Below are positions 40,365 to 50,053 of a stretch of 64,000 nucleotides of DNA, piece after piece. Position 1 is the stretch's first letter; each line of letters opens with the position of its first letter. A model generated the notes under the pieces. It was not told the DNA's origin and did no database searches. It saw only the letters and a list, made by a program, of their open reading frames with translations. The DNA lies in the NCBI GenBank assembly GCA_021604765.1, contig BQJP01000008.1:918-64917 (forward strand), written 5' to 3'. The position numbers and the translations under genes are program-made. The stretch is from Thermodesulfobacteriota bacterium. Lineage in GTDB: Bacteria; Desulfobacterota_D; UBA1144; Nemesobacterales; UBA2774.

Positions 40365-40365
40365 A

Positions 40366-40812
40366 GTGGGAATCTTTAATAAAAAAAAGGACAGCAAAAA
40401 AGTGCCGAAATCGGATCCAAATCTTATAACGACACTGATTGGGGCCGGATGTGAATTTGAAGGCAATATGTCTACCTCAACATCTACTAGAATAGATGGA
40501 AAATTAAACGGCAAAATAACAGGCGAGAACACTATAATAATCGGCGAAAACGGATTGGTGCTCGGAGAAATCAAGTCCGCTGATACAGTTGTGTATGGAA
40601 GAGTTGAAGGCGTAATAGAAACTCACAGCTTAGAAATAAAAAGAAGTGGAATAGTGCTTGGTGATGTTTTTATAGAATCACTGATTGTAGAAGATGGCGG
40701 CGTTTATAATGGCAGATGCACTATGGATGAGGTCACCGAAAATATTAGTATTGAAACTACAGAAGGTACCAAAAAAGAACTTTCCTCAAACACGCTTGAA
40801 TTTAAGGGCTAA
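40366..40812 (+). CDS. Bactofilin
   Basis: Beta-helical bactofilin repeats …G.I.G.V.G….I…G.V.G…. Confidence 0.8.
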   Translation: MGIFNKKKDSKKVPKSDPNLITTLIGAGCEFEGNMSTSTSTRIDGKLNGKITGENTIIIGENGLVLGEIKSADTVVYGRVEGVIETHSLEIKRSGIVLGDVFIESLIVEDGGVYNGRCTMDEVTENISIETTEGTKKELSSNTLEFKG

Positions 40813-40827
40813 CTTTCAGAAACCATA

Positions 40828-41283
40828 CTAATGATGGTGCTTATGGCCACCTTCTTGTCCCTTTTTAACTGGTACTTCAATCATAACTTCGCCAGCCTTT
40901 TCAAAAACCAGTTTTAAATTCACACTATCTTTACCTACAAGAGATTCCTTTAAACCTATTAACATAATATGCATGCCGCCTGGTTGAAAATCTATGGAAT
41001 TGTTTGATGGAATATCCAATACCTCGATCATCTCCATTGTTGCGACTCCATTACTGTCAACCTTACTTGTATGAAGCTCAGCACTTTCTGCAGCTTTAGA
41101 TGACATACTAACTAATTTGTCATCTTCATCTCCATTGCTCTGAATTGTCATATATATAGCGCTTACCGAGCTGCCTGGAGGAACTTCTCTCACCCAGGCG
41201 TCATTTATGGCGATATCACCCTCTGCGGATGAGAATTGAGCAAAAGCAAAAAAGATAACTCCAAGTAACAAAGTTGTTTTCAT
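40828..41283 (-). CDS. Periplasmic copper chaperone PCu(A)C
   Basis: Signal peptide, …GGMHIMLIGLK…, and a C-terminal HKHHH. Confidence 0.8.
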   Translation of the reverse strand: MKTTLLLGVIFFAFAQFSSAEGDIAINDAWVREVPPGSSVSAIYMTIQSNGDEDDKLVSMSSKAAESAELHTSKVDSNGVATMEMIEVLDIPSNNSIDFQPGGMHIMLIGLKESLVGKDSVNLKLVFEKAGEVMIEVPVKKGQEGGHKHHH

Positions 41284-41326
41284 AGTAAATACTCCGTGAA
41301 CTAAAGCTATTTTTGACGAGCTAAAT

Positions 41327-41935
41327 TTATAAAATACTTTCTATATCACCAGCTATTGAAGCTGGGTCCATTCTATTCTGGGGGTATTTCATGAGTATTT
41401 CTCCGTCAGGTGTAATTAGAAGCACACTTGAGTTATGCCCCATCAAATACTCTGATGATGATTCCACTTCTTCCTTGCTGTAAAAAATATTATAGTCATC
41501 AGCTACTTTATCTATCTCTTCTGGAGTTCCTGTTAGTCCTATAAAGTTTTCATTATAGTATGGCACATAGCTCTTTAGTTTCTCTTGAGTGTCGCGCTCT
41601 GGGTCTACTGTTACAAAAACAACCTGGACTTGATCTGCTTGATCCCCAAGTTGATCTACAACGTTGTTCATTACCGACATAGTCATAGGACATATATCAG
41701 GGCAATGAGTGTATCCAAAAAATATAAGGACAAGCTTATCTTTAAAATCTGAGAGGCTCACTTTAGACCCATCTTGGTCTGTCAGAGTAAATTCTGGCGC
41801 TTCTCTTTCATATACTATTCCATAGTAATCTGATTTATTGTTCTGATCTAAATAAACATAAAGGATTATGCCCCAGAGCAGTATGATTATAACCAACATT
41901 CCAATTAGAATTTTAAAAAGATTCCTTCTCTTCAT
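41327..41935 (-). CDS. SCO1/SenC copper chaperone
   Basis: N-terminal TM with a thioredoxin-like CPDIC…H motif. Confidence 0.85.
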   Translation of the reverse strand: MKRRNLFKILIGMLVIIILLWGIILYVYLDQNNKSDYYGIVYEREAPEFTLTDQDGSKVSLSDFKDKLVLIFFGYTHCPDICPMTMSVMNNVVDQLGDQADQVQVVFVTVDPERDTQEKLKSYVPYYNENFIGLTGTPEEIDKVADDYNIFYSKEEVESSSEYLMGHNSSVLLITPDGEILMKYPQNRMDPASIAGDIESIL

Positions 41936-42087
41936 CAGTTCCTCGAAACATCAAAGTTCAGTTATAAGTAGAATGGATAATATATTACCCTAAAAATATC
42001 ACCAAGTACCTAAAATCGAGGAAATATCAGGGAAATAAGTTAGATTAGCTCATAAATTTGTAATATTTATAATGTGAAAAGGTTATC

Positions 42088-42185
42088 TAAAAACAAAAAG
42101 AGGGAATGCTCAGATGGCGGTTAGTGCATTCCCTCTTTTAAAGGAGGATGGAGGATGACTTGTTAAGTATTCCGTTTAACTTCGA
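42088..42185 (-). ncRNA. Putative small RNA with tandem CCUCC (anti-SD-like) motif and a strong intrinsic terminator
   Basis: On the minus strand: TTGACA (42219-42214), a 17-nt spacer, then TATTTT (42196-42191). The transcript contains …CAUCCUCCAUCCUCCUUU… An 11-bp stem (42099-42109 with 42126-42136) is followed by UUUUUGUUUUU. No ORF longer than 13 aa. Confidence 0.3.
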
Positions 42186-42419
42186 TAATAAAAATAAAGT
42201 ATTTTACTTAAGTTGTCAAGAAGAATTTTCCTCTATTCAACAAATAATCCTAAGCAGCTGGATTTAATTAAAAATTATTGCTTAATAAAAAACCTTATAG
42301 TGATTGGGGTATTTTCTTGAAAGTTAATGGAACCATGATATATTTTCGGTTTTGAATTTACAGCTAAAACAACAAAATATTAATCTCTAAAGGTATTTAA
42401 TCCTTTAGACTCTAACTAA

Positions 42420-42491
42420 GGCGGCGTAGCTCAGGGGCAGAGCGGGGCTCTCATAAGGCCTGTGTCGGTGGTTCAAATCCACCCGTCGCCA
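42420..42491 (+). tRNA. tRNA-Met (anticodon CAT; elongator Met or Ile2/lysidine type)
   Basis: Cloverleaf: acceptor GGCGGCG/CGTCGCC, D-arm GCTC…GAGC, anticodon loop CTCATAA, T-arm GGTGG-TTCAAAT-CCACC. No encoded CCA. Confidence 0.85.
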
Positions 42492-42492
42492 C
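42443..42492 (+). repeat. 50-bp direct repeat copy 1 (3' half of tRNA-Met), putative attL
   Basis: Exact 50/50 identity with 58932-58981. Confidence 0.85.
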
Positions 42493-42656
42493 TCTTTTTA
42501 AACCCCAATATTTATTATATATTTAAATGGATACAGGAACTTACAACTGCCGATATTGAAATTGCTTCTTTTCTATATTTTTCTCTTTTTTTCTCAATTT
42601 TACTACTTTTTATGTCAGAACAATCCCACGAACAAAAAGTAGGATAAAACGAAAGC

Positions 42657-43598
42657 TCAATTTTCCTTTATAAACTCATCAATCAGTTTTGCGATTTGTT
42701 CTGGTGCATCCTCATGACAGTAGTGACCAACTCCCTCTAGAGTATAAATGTTGCCATTCGGAAAAGCCTCACTAAAGAGCGGAAGGAAGTGTGCAGATTG
42801 AAGAGTTTTGTCTTCCATTCCCCATATTGCTAATGCAGGCTTGCGTGATAGCTCTTTTGCTATGAGAGTGTCACTCACCTCAAATCTATGCGTACCTTCC
42901 GCAAACCCCTGAGCCCAACCGATAGCGCCTTTACAATTCTCCGGAGATTTGAAATGATCACGATAAGCATGTAACCAGGTATCTGTGATGACCTCATTAT
43001 GCACGAATCCGTTTAATTTTAGAGTACTGAGAATATTGTAATCAAGCTGTCCGAGAATCTGCCCTAAAGTGCCATCCGCATATGCCTTAGCGATCCAGCT
43101 GAACCATGGAGAGGCCACCCCATTTTTTTCAAGAGCATCAGCAAGACCCGGCTGCCCAAGCGGTGTGGGTCCGTTGGTGCTAATAATCCGCTTAATGCGA
43201 TCTGGATGACGAATAGCCAAGCCAATACCTGTAGGTCCGCCAAAGTCATGCATTACAAGCGTGATGTCTCTCAAGTCAAGATCGAGTACAAACCGCTCAA
43301 GGTTATCGATATGATCCTGAAGCAGATAGCTCCTATCCTGGGGTGTATCACTTTTTCCGAAGCCCATGTGGTCGGGTGCTATTACTCTATATAATGATGA
43401 AAGATCTTGGATGAGATTTCTGAACAAATATCCCCATGTTGGCTCACCGTGAAGGGCCAGTATTGTCTCACCCTCGCCCTCCTCCACATAATGCATCTTG
43501 AAGCCCGGAGCGCTCGTGTAGTAAGCTTCGAAAAGCCACGTTCCTTCAAAGGTTTCCTCAGATGGTAAATCCAATAGCATAGGCGGTTTGTTTTTCAT
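42657..43598 (-). CDS. Alpha/beta hydrolase, haloalkane-dehalogenase-like
   Basis: …HGEPTWGYLFRN… and nucleophile elbow …HDFGG…. Confidence 0.7.
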   Translation of the reverse strand: MKNKPPMLLDLPSEETFEGTWLFEAYYTSAPGFKMHYVEEGEGETILALHGEPTWGYLFRNLIQDLSSLYRVIAPDHMGFGKSDTPQDRSYLLQDHIDNLERFVLDLDLRDITLVMHDFGGPTGIGLAIRHPDRIKRIISTNGPTPLGQPGLADALEKNGVASPWFSWIAKAYADGTLGQILGQLDYNILSTLKLNGFVHNEVITDTWLHAYRDHFKSPENCKGAIGWAQGFAEGTHRFEVSDTLIAKELSRKPALAIWGMEDKTLQSAHFLPLFSEAFPNGNIYTLEGVGHYCHEDAPEQIAKLIDEFIKEN

Positions 43599-44278
43599 TT
43601 TAATTTGCGCTTTTTGGTCATATGTTTAATTGCAACTTTTGTAGTCCATACTGTATTTGCTAGAAAACGGAAATTGGTTAGTGCGGCTTGATAACCGTCT
43701 CCTTCTGGAACCTGTGCTGCAGCAGTTGCGTCTTTCACCACAGCAATTTCAAACCCTTGCTCTAATAGCTCACGTAAATGGGACTCAACACATAAATTGG
43801 CTGACATACCTGCCAAAATAACCTTATCGATCTTACGCTTTCTTAATTGAAGAACAAGGTCGTTTGCTTCTGGACCATATACTTTATGAGGGCTGCATAC
43901 TATTGTTTTGCCATCGTTAATATAGGGTTTATATTGCTCAAGCCAGTCTGCACCTGAACCTTCAAATTCATCTAAATTTAGGGCGCTTTTTCGGTCAAAC
44001 ATTCCTATATAATGCATTAACCTTTCTAATGCACCCTCAAATTTCCAGCCATGATCTGTTGGATAATAATAGTGAGGGGAGATAAAAACCGGTATTCCAT
44101 TTTTCTTTGCGGTTTTAAAAAGAGAATCTAAATTCTTAACAGTGTTGTTCTCAGTTACGTTTTCTCCAACTACACCCCAAGTTACTCCTTCTGGACTTAG
44201 GAAATCATTTTGTGGATCAGTAATAACCAAAGCTGTATTCTTAAAGTCTACTTTTAATCCTGGGTTTGGTAATGCCAT
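43595..44278 (-). CDS. Isochorismatase-family hydrolase
   Basis: …ALVITDPQNDFLSP… with a catalytic …C…. Confidence 0.7.
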   Translation of the reverse strand: MALPNPGLKVDFKNTALVITDPQNDFLSPEGVTWGVVGENVTENNTVKNLDSLFKTAKKNGIPVFISPHYYYPTDHGWKFEGALERLMHYIGMFDRKSALNLDEFEGSGADWLEQYKPYINDGKTIVCSPHKVYGPEANDLVLQLRKRKIDKVILAGMSANLCVESHLRELLEQGFEIAVVKDATAAAQVPEGDGYQAALTNFRFLANTVWTTKVAIKHMTKKRKLK

Positions 44279-44386
44279 TTTTAGTCACCTCTTTATATTA
44301 AGTTTTTATTAAACATTCAAACAAATAGCTCCTTTGAAAGGACTATAGAGGAGAGATTTTTTTGATCTCTCCTCTAAGATGTGCAT

Positions 44387-44734
44387 TCAATTAACAAATA
44401 GAATCCAGCCGTTCTGCTCACTTCCCTCAACCTTGCCTGTGATCTTTACGTTGGTTCTATTAGGGTTTCGCTCTATCTTCATCAAACCGTCTTGAAGACC
44501 TTGAAGTGAATAAACTCTGGTCTCTGTTACAAGAACATGCTGATGAGGTGGCAAACCATCACAAGGATGTGTTGCTATAACCGGATTAACAGTACCTTTG
44601 GCGTAATCTGGTATTAGGCAAATTACATTTCCTTGAACGGTCTTTGAGTCATCTGCATAGCTCAAAGTAGCCGCAAAGATTGAAAGCGTAAGTCCAAATA
44701 TTAATGTTAGCGTTGTTAGTTTTAAGTTTCTCAT
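44387..44734 (-). CDS. Secreted hypothetical protein
   Basis: Signal peptide. 115 aa. Confidence 0.45.
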   Translation of the reverse strand: MRNLKLTTLTLIFGLTLSIFAATLSYADDSKTVQGNVICLIPDYAKGTVNPVIATHPCDGLPPHQHVLVTETRVYSLQGLQDGLMKIERNPNRTNVKITGKVEGSEQNGWILFVN

Positions 44735-44768
44735 TTTAATTTCTCCTTTTTATTGATTTTATTTATGA

Positions 44769-45782
44769 TTATTTTTTAGCTGTGGACTTCTTAACTACAT
44801 TTTTCTGCATAAATCTATCAATGTGATTTGAAATAATGTACAAATCCTCTTCAAGGGCGAAGTGCCCAGTGTCGAGAATGTTAAAATCGATATTCTTTAA
44901 ATCTCGTTTGTAAGGGTAAGCACCTTCAGCAGGAAAAATGTGGTCATTCTTACCCCAGACTATAAGAGTAGGTGGTTGGTGCTTTCTGAGATAAGCCTGC
45001 CAATCTGGATATAACGGTGGATTTGAACCGTAGCTGTAGAATAGAGCGAGTTGGATTTCTTGGTTTCCTGGACGGTCTAATAGAGGCTGGACGTGACCCC
45101 AGTTGTCAGGGCTAATAGTTTCAACATTTCGTACTCCATGAGTATATTGCCACTTAGTTGTGTCCAAGGTTAGGAATCCTTTAAGAGGTTCAGCGTTTGC
45201 CTCAGACCTGTCTTTCCAATAAGCTTTAAGTGGAATCCAAAATTCACGAAGACCCTCTTCATAAGCATTTCCGTTCTGTATTATTAGAGCATCCACCTTT
45301 TCAGGATTTTTAGCTGCGATACGGAAACCAACTGGAGCACCGTAGTCCTGAAGGTATAGGGTGTAATTTTCTATCCCCATTTTGTTGATGAACTTTTCAA
45401 CTACAACTGCTAAGTTATCAAATGTATAATCGAACTCATCAACTGTAGGCATAGAACTGAAACCATATCCTGGATAATCTGGAGCTATCACATGGTATTT
45501 GTCTGAGAGCTCTGGAATAAGATCCCTGAACATATGAGAAGAAGTAGGGAACCCATGCAATAGAACAATAGTGGGAGCATCTTTAGACCCCGCTTCTCTA
45601 TAGAAAATATCTAGTCCGTCTATTTTGATGGTTTTGTGAAGAGTCTGATTGTTACTTTGAGACTGTTCTCCTGCGAACGCAGAAACTCCGCTTAGATCAT
45701 TACTTGATAAATTAGGCGTAATAGATCCAGCAATCATTAATACTAAAAACATCAGTAAAGCTTTTCTAAAAAGGTTTAACAT
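44769..45782 (-). CDS. Secreted alpha/beta hydrolase (epoxide hydrolase/dehalogenase-like)
   Basis: …[10 protein letters not shown]… and …DYGAPVGF… The true start is likely ATG 45782 (MLNLF… signal peptide) with AGGAGG 8 nt upstream. The ORF-track start at 45860 would overlap the promoter. Confidence 0.7.
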   Translation of the reverse strand: MLNLFRKALLMFLVLMIAGSITPNLSSNDLSGVSAFAGEQSQSNNQTLHKTIKIDGLDIFYREAGSKDAPTIVLLHGFPTSSHMFRDLIPELSDKYHVIAPDYPGYGFSSMPTVDEFDYTFDNLAVVVEKFINKMGIENYTLYLQDYGAPVGFRIAAKNPEKVDALIIQNGNAYEEGLREFWIPLKAYWKDRSEANAEPLKGFLTLDTTKWQYTHGVRNVETISPDNWGHVQPLLDRPGNQEIQLALFYSYGSNPPLYPDWQAYLRKHQPPTLIVWGKNDHIFPAEGAYPYKRDLKNIDFNILDTGHFALEEDLYIISNHIDRFMQKNVVKKSTAKK

Positions 45783-45819
45783 TGTACTACCTCCTGAAAC
45801 TTTGATAGTTCCTATAAGT

Positions 45820-45834
45820 GCAATGGGCGTGCCA
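45820..45834 (-). promoter_or_regulatory. Sigma-54 (-24/-12) promoter TGGCAC-N5-TTGCA
   Basis: Minus strand reads TGGCACgcccaTTGCA, an exact consensus. It sits about 38 nt upstream of the hydrolase-operon start and next to the bEBP gene. Confidence 0.7.
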
Positions 45835-45970
45835 ATGTAGGGAGTTTTTGCTTGTAACACACTAAGCCACTGACATTAAATGATTTATTGAAACTATTAG
45901 GAAGGTTCAATTACAGAACTAGGTCTGAAAAATTTGGGATATTTAGAAAATCTTTGCTATATGGAAACTT

Positions 45971-47542
45971 CTATCTCTTAGAAATACCAAGCTTTCTCAT
46001 TCGCGATTCTAGGGTGGAAGAGTTCAGCCCTAAGATCTTAGCTGCTCCTTTATCACCACTAACTCTCCCGCCAGTTAATTCTAAAGCTTTTAAAATATGG
46101 TTTTTCTCTAATTCTTCTAAAGTTGCAACCTCATTGCTATCCGACAGCTTATCATTTGTTTTACTTTTAGGTACCCAATCACCCAATTGCAATGTGGTCG
46201 TCTCACTTATAATCACTGCTCTCTCTATTATGTTTTCTAATTCCCTTACATTTCCAGGCCAGTTGTATTCTACAAGACGGCCCATAACCTTCTTACTTAC
46301 AGATTTGATGTTCTTTCCAACCTTTACTCCTAACTTGTCACAAAAGTAATTGACTAATAAAGGTATATCTTCCTTTCTCTCACGTAAGGCTGGAGAATGA
46401 AGGGGAAAAACATTGAGTCTATAAAAAAGATCTTCACGAAAATCTCCTTTTTCAATAGCAGTCTCTAAATCTCGATTAGTAGCTGCTATCACTCTTACGT
46501 CCACTTTCATAGTCTTCGGATTACCAAGTCTTTCAAATTCACCTTCTTGGAGAACCCTAAGCAGCTTAGCTTGTAGTCCCAATGGCAGGTCACCTATTTC
46601 ATCTAAAAATATAGTGCCGCCATTAGCAAGTTCAAATCTGCCGATTTTTTGACTTATAGCCCCGGTAAAAGCCCCCTTTTCATGACCGAATAACTCGCTC
46701 TCTATTAAATTAGCGGGAAGTGCAGAACAATTTACTTTTACCAAAGGTCTATCTTTTCTGGAGCTGTTGTTATGTACTGCACGTGCTAATAATTCTTTGC
46801 CTGTACCCGTCTCTCCCAGTATCAATACAGTCGAACTTGTTTGTGCAACCTGTTCAACTTTTTTTAATACTTTTTTTATTGTGTTACTTTTACCAATTAT
46901 CTCCGTAAAGTTGTATTCCTCTTTGATTTCTTCCTGAAGGTAAATATTTTCTTGTTCAAGTTGGTTCTTTAACTTCTCTACTTCAGAATAAGCCTGTTTA
47001 AGCGCCTCTTCCGCCTCTTTTTCTTTAGTTACATCTCTGAAAACAACAACTGCACCAACCAATTTACCTTTTTCCCATATAGGGGTGCTAACATATTCAA
47101 CAGGAAAGCTGCTTCCGTCTTTTCGCCAAAATACTTCATCTTTTACAACATGAACCTTGCCATCTTTGAAGGCTGCATATATAGGACACTCAGTGTTTGG
47201 ATAATGTGATCCATCAGCTCTTGAATGATGCAAGATCTTGTGTTGAGATTTCCCTAGGAGTTCTTCGGGATTCCAACCAATCATTTCTGCTGCCGCTGGG
47301 TTAACGAAGGTTGTATTTCCTTTTGAATCAAGGCCGTAGATTCCTTCTCCCGCAGCATTAAGGATTAACTCATTCCTTGTTTTAAGTTTGCTGATTTCAT
47401 CGCTCATCTCTTTTATCTTAACATGCGAGTATTTTTTTTCGAAGATATCTAAAACGTTAATTGTTCCTTTTACAACTTCATTGTTGAAAGTATTTTCTGA
47501 GAATGTTTCTTTTATTATTTTAGACATATCAAGCTCCTCCAA
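45971..47542 (-). CDS. Sigma-54-dependent transcriptional activator (PAS + AAA+ + Fis HTH)
   Basis: PAS domain, Walker [15 protein letters not shown] motif, [15 protein letters not shown], and a C-terminal HTH. Confidence 0.9.
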   Translation of the reverse strand: MEELDMSKIIKETFSENTFNNEVVKGTINVLDIFEKKYSHVKIKEMSDEISKLKTRNELILNAAGEGIYGLDSKGNTTFVNPAAAEMIGWNPEELLGKSQHKILHHSRADGSHYPNTECPIYAAFKDGKVHVVKDEVFWRKDGSSFPVEYVSTPIWEKGKLVGAVVVFRDVTKEKEAEEALKQAYSEVEKLKNQLEQENIYLQEEIKEEYNFTEIIGKSNTIKKVLKKVEQVAQTSSTVLILGETGTGKELLARAVHNNSSRKDRPLVKVNCSALPANLIESELFGHEKGAFTGAISQKIGRFELANGGTIFLDEIGDLPLGLQAKLLRVLQEGEFERLGNPKTMKVDVRVIAATNRDLETAIEKGDFREDLFYRLNVFPLHSPALRERKEDIPLLVNYFCDKLGVKVGKNIKSVSKKVMGRLVEYNWPGNVRELENIIERAVIISETTTLQLGDWVPKSKTNDKLSDSNEVATLEELEKNHILKALELTGGRVSGDKGAAKILGLNSSTLESRMRKLGISKR

Positions 47543-47558
47543 AAAACTGCTTTGTTAT

Positions 47559-47574
47559 TACCGAACGTTCGGTA
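47559..47574 (+). promoter_or_regulatory. Perfect 16-bp palindrome TACCGAACGTTCGGTA (putative TetR operator 1) overlapping a TATAAT box
   Basis: Perfect dyad. TATAAT at 47573-47578. Confidence 0.55.
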
Positions 47575-47618
47575 TAATTACATCATATTTGATTTTTATT
47601 ATGTTGTCAAGTATTTTT

Positions 47619-47636
47619 TTACCGTACGTTCGGTAA
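47619..47636 (+). promoter_or_regulatory. Near-palindrome TTACCGTACGTTCGGTAA (putative TetR operator 2)
   Basis: 17/18 symmetric. It lies 34 nt upstream of the TetR ATG and 45 bp from operator 1. Confidence 0.5.
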
Positions 47637-47669
47637 CGTGGCAGTCTGCAAATTCTGAAGGAGACGAAT

Positions 47670-48245
47670 ATGGCTAGAAATAAAAGTGTTGATGACGAGA
47701 CCCTGATCATAAAACTGACACAAGCTTTCCGTGATTATGGATACGAAGGTGCATCCTTAAATATCTTAGCAAAAGCTACAGGACTTCAAAAAGCGAGTCT
47801 ATATCATAGGTTTCCTGGGGGAAAAGAAGAGATGGCTCTAGAGGTCTTAAATAGGGCGGGCAACTGGGTTGGAGAAAATATTGTATTACCGCTAACTTCA
47901 AATATTAAACCCGAGAAGAAAATTAAAATCATGGCAAAAAAACTTGATGAATTTTATTCGGGCGGAAATAATTCATGTTTACTTAACATGTTAGCCTCCC
48001 CAGAGATGATAAAGGGCCCATTTACAAGTCATATTAAAGAAGCATTTGAAGTTTGGATAAAAACACTATCAGATGTGCTTGTAGAAAGCGGACTAAGTAG
48101 AAAAGAAAGCAGGAAAAGAGCAGAAAATGCTATAGCCATGCTTCAGGGTTCCCTCGTTATGTCTAGAGGAATGAATGACCCAAAACTTTTTAAAAACTTT
48201 CTAAAGAACTTACCTAACATGCTATTAGATAATAATAAGTTATAA
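47670..48245 (+). CDS. TetR-family transcriptional regulator
   Basis: HTH …ASLNILAKATGLQKASLYHRFPGGKEEM…. Confidence 0.8.
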   Translation: MARNKSVDDETLIIKLTQAFRDYGYEGASLNILAKATGLQKASLYHRFPGGKEEMALEVLNRAGNWVGENIVLPLTSNIKPEKKIKIMAKKLDEFYSGGNNSCLLNMLASPEMIKGPFTSHIKEAFEVWIKTLSDVLVESGLSRKESRKRAENAIAMLQGSLVMSRGMNDPKLFKNFLKNLPNMLLDNNKL

Positions 48246-48250
48246 CTCTA

Positions 48251-48291
48251 AAAAAAGGAGTACAAACAATTAAGCTTGTACTCCTTTTCTA
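48251..48291. terminator. Bidirectional intrinsic terminator (A-tract, 9-bp stem GGAGTACAA/TTGTACTCC, T-tract)
   Basis: Lies between the convergent TetR (+) and YHS (-) genes. Confidence 0.6.
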
Positions 48292-48315
48292 TGCCAAATT
48301 CTATTCTATATTTAA

Positions 48316-48777
48316 TTAAAGATCAGCGGGATCTTTGTCTTTTATATTTGGCCAATGCTTGTTTGCTTTTACTATATTGCCTGGAATATCTTCAAACCAT
48401 ATTTTCTGGATTTTTTTATCGAGATTAAGATATAGAGTTCCATCTACGATTTTCCATGCTTCAGGATCTCCGACAAATTTCTTACCTACTGATGCACCAT
48501 ATGCACAGTAACCTCCGTATGCCGGAAGATATTTATTAGGATTCGCTTCAAATGCCTTCTTGTTCGCTTCGTTGGCAAAGAGGTAAGTCACATCGTCAAT
48601 TACAACTAGGTTGTTTCCGTCACCTCTTACAGGTTTTCCTTCTGTATGATATGCAACAAGGTCATAACCTAGAACACCTGTTGTGCTTTCTTGAACATAT
48701 CCTGCAAAAGAATCAACTGCAAAAAAACTTACTGCTACAACTAAAACTGTTAACATAATTGTTTGAATTTTCTTCAT
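48316..48777 (-). CDS. Secreted YHS-domain-like protein
   Basis: Signal peptide, …GYDLVAY…YLF.NE.NK.AF..NP.KYLPAYGGYCAYG…. Confidence 0.55.
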   Translation of the reverse strand: MKKIQTIMLTVLVVAVSFFAVDSFAGYVQESTTGVLGYDLVAYHTEGKPVRGDGNNLVVIDDVTYLFANEANKKAFEANPNKYLPAYGGYCAYGASVGKKFVGDPEAWKIVDGTLYLNLDKKIQKIWFEDIPGNIVKANKHWPNIKDKDPADL

Positions 48778-48991
48778 GATAGTCTCCTATTTTGTTATTT
48801 TGTGAAACATTCTGTCCCAATGTGTACTCAAAATATCTGATTCTCTACTACTCTGACATTGCCCTAATTTACTAAGCTAGGATTAGCAAATATTGGATCA
48901 AGTAATTAAACTTGAGCCATAATTTGAACGACTCGTTTGTTTATATATTCATCACCCCCTTGTGACTATATATTGGCTAGAATCTGATCTC

Positions 48992-49720
48992 CTATATCAG
49001 CTCAACCATGTTGTACTGAGACAATTTATCCTTGAACTGAAGCCTTGCTCTCCTAAGCCTGGACTTAACTGCACTGAGGCTTAGACCGAGCAATCTTCCA
49101 ACTTCAAGATTTGTGTGTCCTTCCATATCTTTTAAACGAAGCACAGTTCGGTATATTTCAGGAATCTCCATTAGTATTGATTCAATTTTTTCACGTCTCT
49201 TTTCTTGCATGAGTATTTGATCTGGAATAAACCTCCAGTCTTCTGCAGGCATAGAATACTTAGTTTCTTTCTCATCGTATGTTTCTTCTATAAGCTGTTT
49301 TTCATCTTGATACTTTTTATTACTTCTCAAATACATAAGACAAGTATTTTTAGCTATGCTATATAGCCAGGTAGAGAACTTGGATTCGTTTCTAAATGTT
49401 CCGAGCTTCTCTACAAGTGTTATGAAAACTTCCTGAAGAACATCATCAGCATTTCTTTCATTTTTGGTAAATTTAAGTGCAAGCCTGTATATCTTGCAGC
49501 TATATCTGTTTACAAGTTCATTAAATGCCCACTCATCTTTGTGATTTAAATAGAGTTTGACTAAATTTTCATCATCCTCATTTCTATACCTAATAAAAGA
49601 AAAATCCTCTGATTTATCAATTAGCGGTGACTCTATTACGTGTTTAATAGGTCTCTGCTTAACCTGGTAATTTGCAATATTATCTATATTGTTTGACTCT
49701 GCTAAATTAGTATTTTCCAT
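48992..49720 (-). CDS. ECF (sigma-70 family) sigma factor with N-terminal extension
   Basis: Region 2 …DVLQEVFITLVEKLGTF… and region 4 …RLLGLSLSAVKSRLRRAR…. Confidence 0.8.
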   Translation of the reverse strand: MENTNLAESNNIDNIANYQVKQRPIKHVIESPLIDKSEDFSFIRYRNEDDENLVKLYLNHKDEWAFNELVNRYSCKIYRLALKFTKNERNADDVLQEVFITLVEKLGTFRNESKFSTWLYSIAKNTCLMYLRSNKKYQDEKQLIEETYDEKETKYSMPAEDWRFIPDQILMQEKRREKIESILMEIPEIYRTVLRLKDMEGHTNLEVGRLLGLSLSAVKSRLRRARLQFKDKLSQYNMVELI

Positions 49721-50053
49721 CTTTCTTCTCCTTTTCTAATTCTTATTAATTTTTATTTACTACATGTATGTATAAAGCAAGGAGTGTGCCAAATATAAAA
49801 ATTAGGCTGGAGGATAATGTAATTGCCTTAAATAATTGAATTAAATTAACATTTAGGTGGAGCTTGGCTGAGGTTAACGTATTGAGATCAAATGTATTTA
49901 TTTACGCTATATTATAAATTTGCGAAATGTCACGACTTACTATTTCAATTTGATCTAAAGATAAGGTGTTGAGTAAACATGAATAGGAAGTCTTCTTGCA
50001 ATCTAATTATCTGTATTTTCCTAAAACTAATTATTTGCATCTCACTTTTATTG

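Noticed and set aside
42153-42164. Mini-ORF ATG-ACT-TGT-TAA (M-T-C-stop) with AGGAGG RBS right after the hairpin on the plus strand
   Set aside because: Three codons only. It is more parsimoniously the complement of the CCUCC-containing minus-strand transcript.
44214-44219. Additional GGATCA hits (44214, 48895, 55627) as further ECF-motif sites
   Set aside because: None has a CGTA box at the required 16-nt spacing on the correct strand. 44214 is inside a CDS.
45783-45860. N-terminal extensions of ORFs from the track (45860 for the hydrolase, 53710 for DUF4331, 15337 for TetR, 27643 for the IPTL-CTERM protein)
   Set aside because: The extensions overlap mapped promoter elements and lack RBSs. 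Downstream ATGs have strong SDs and begin signal peptides, so the shorter starts were used.
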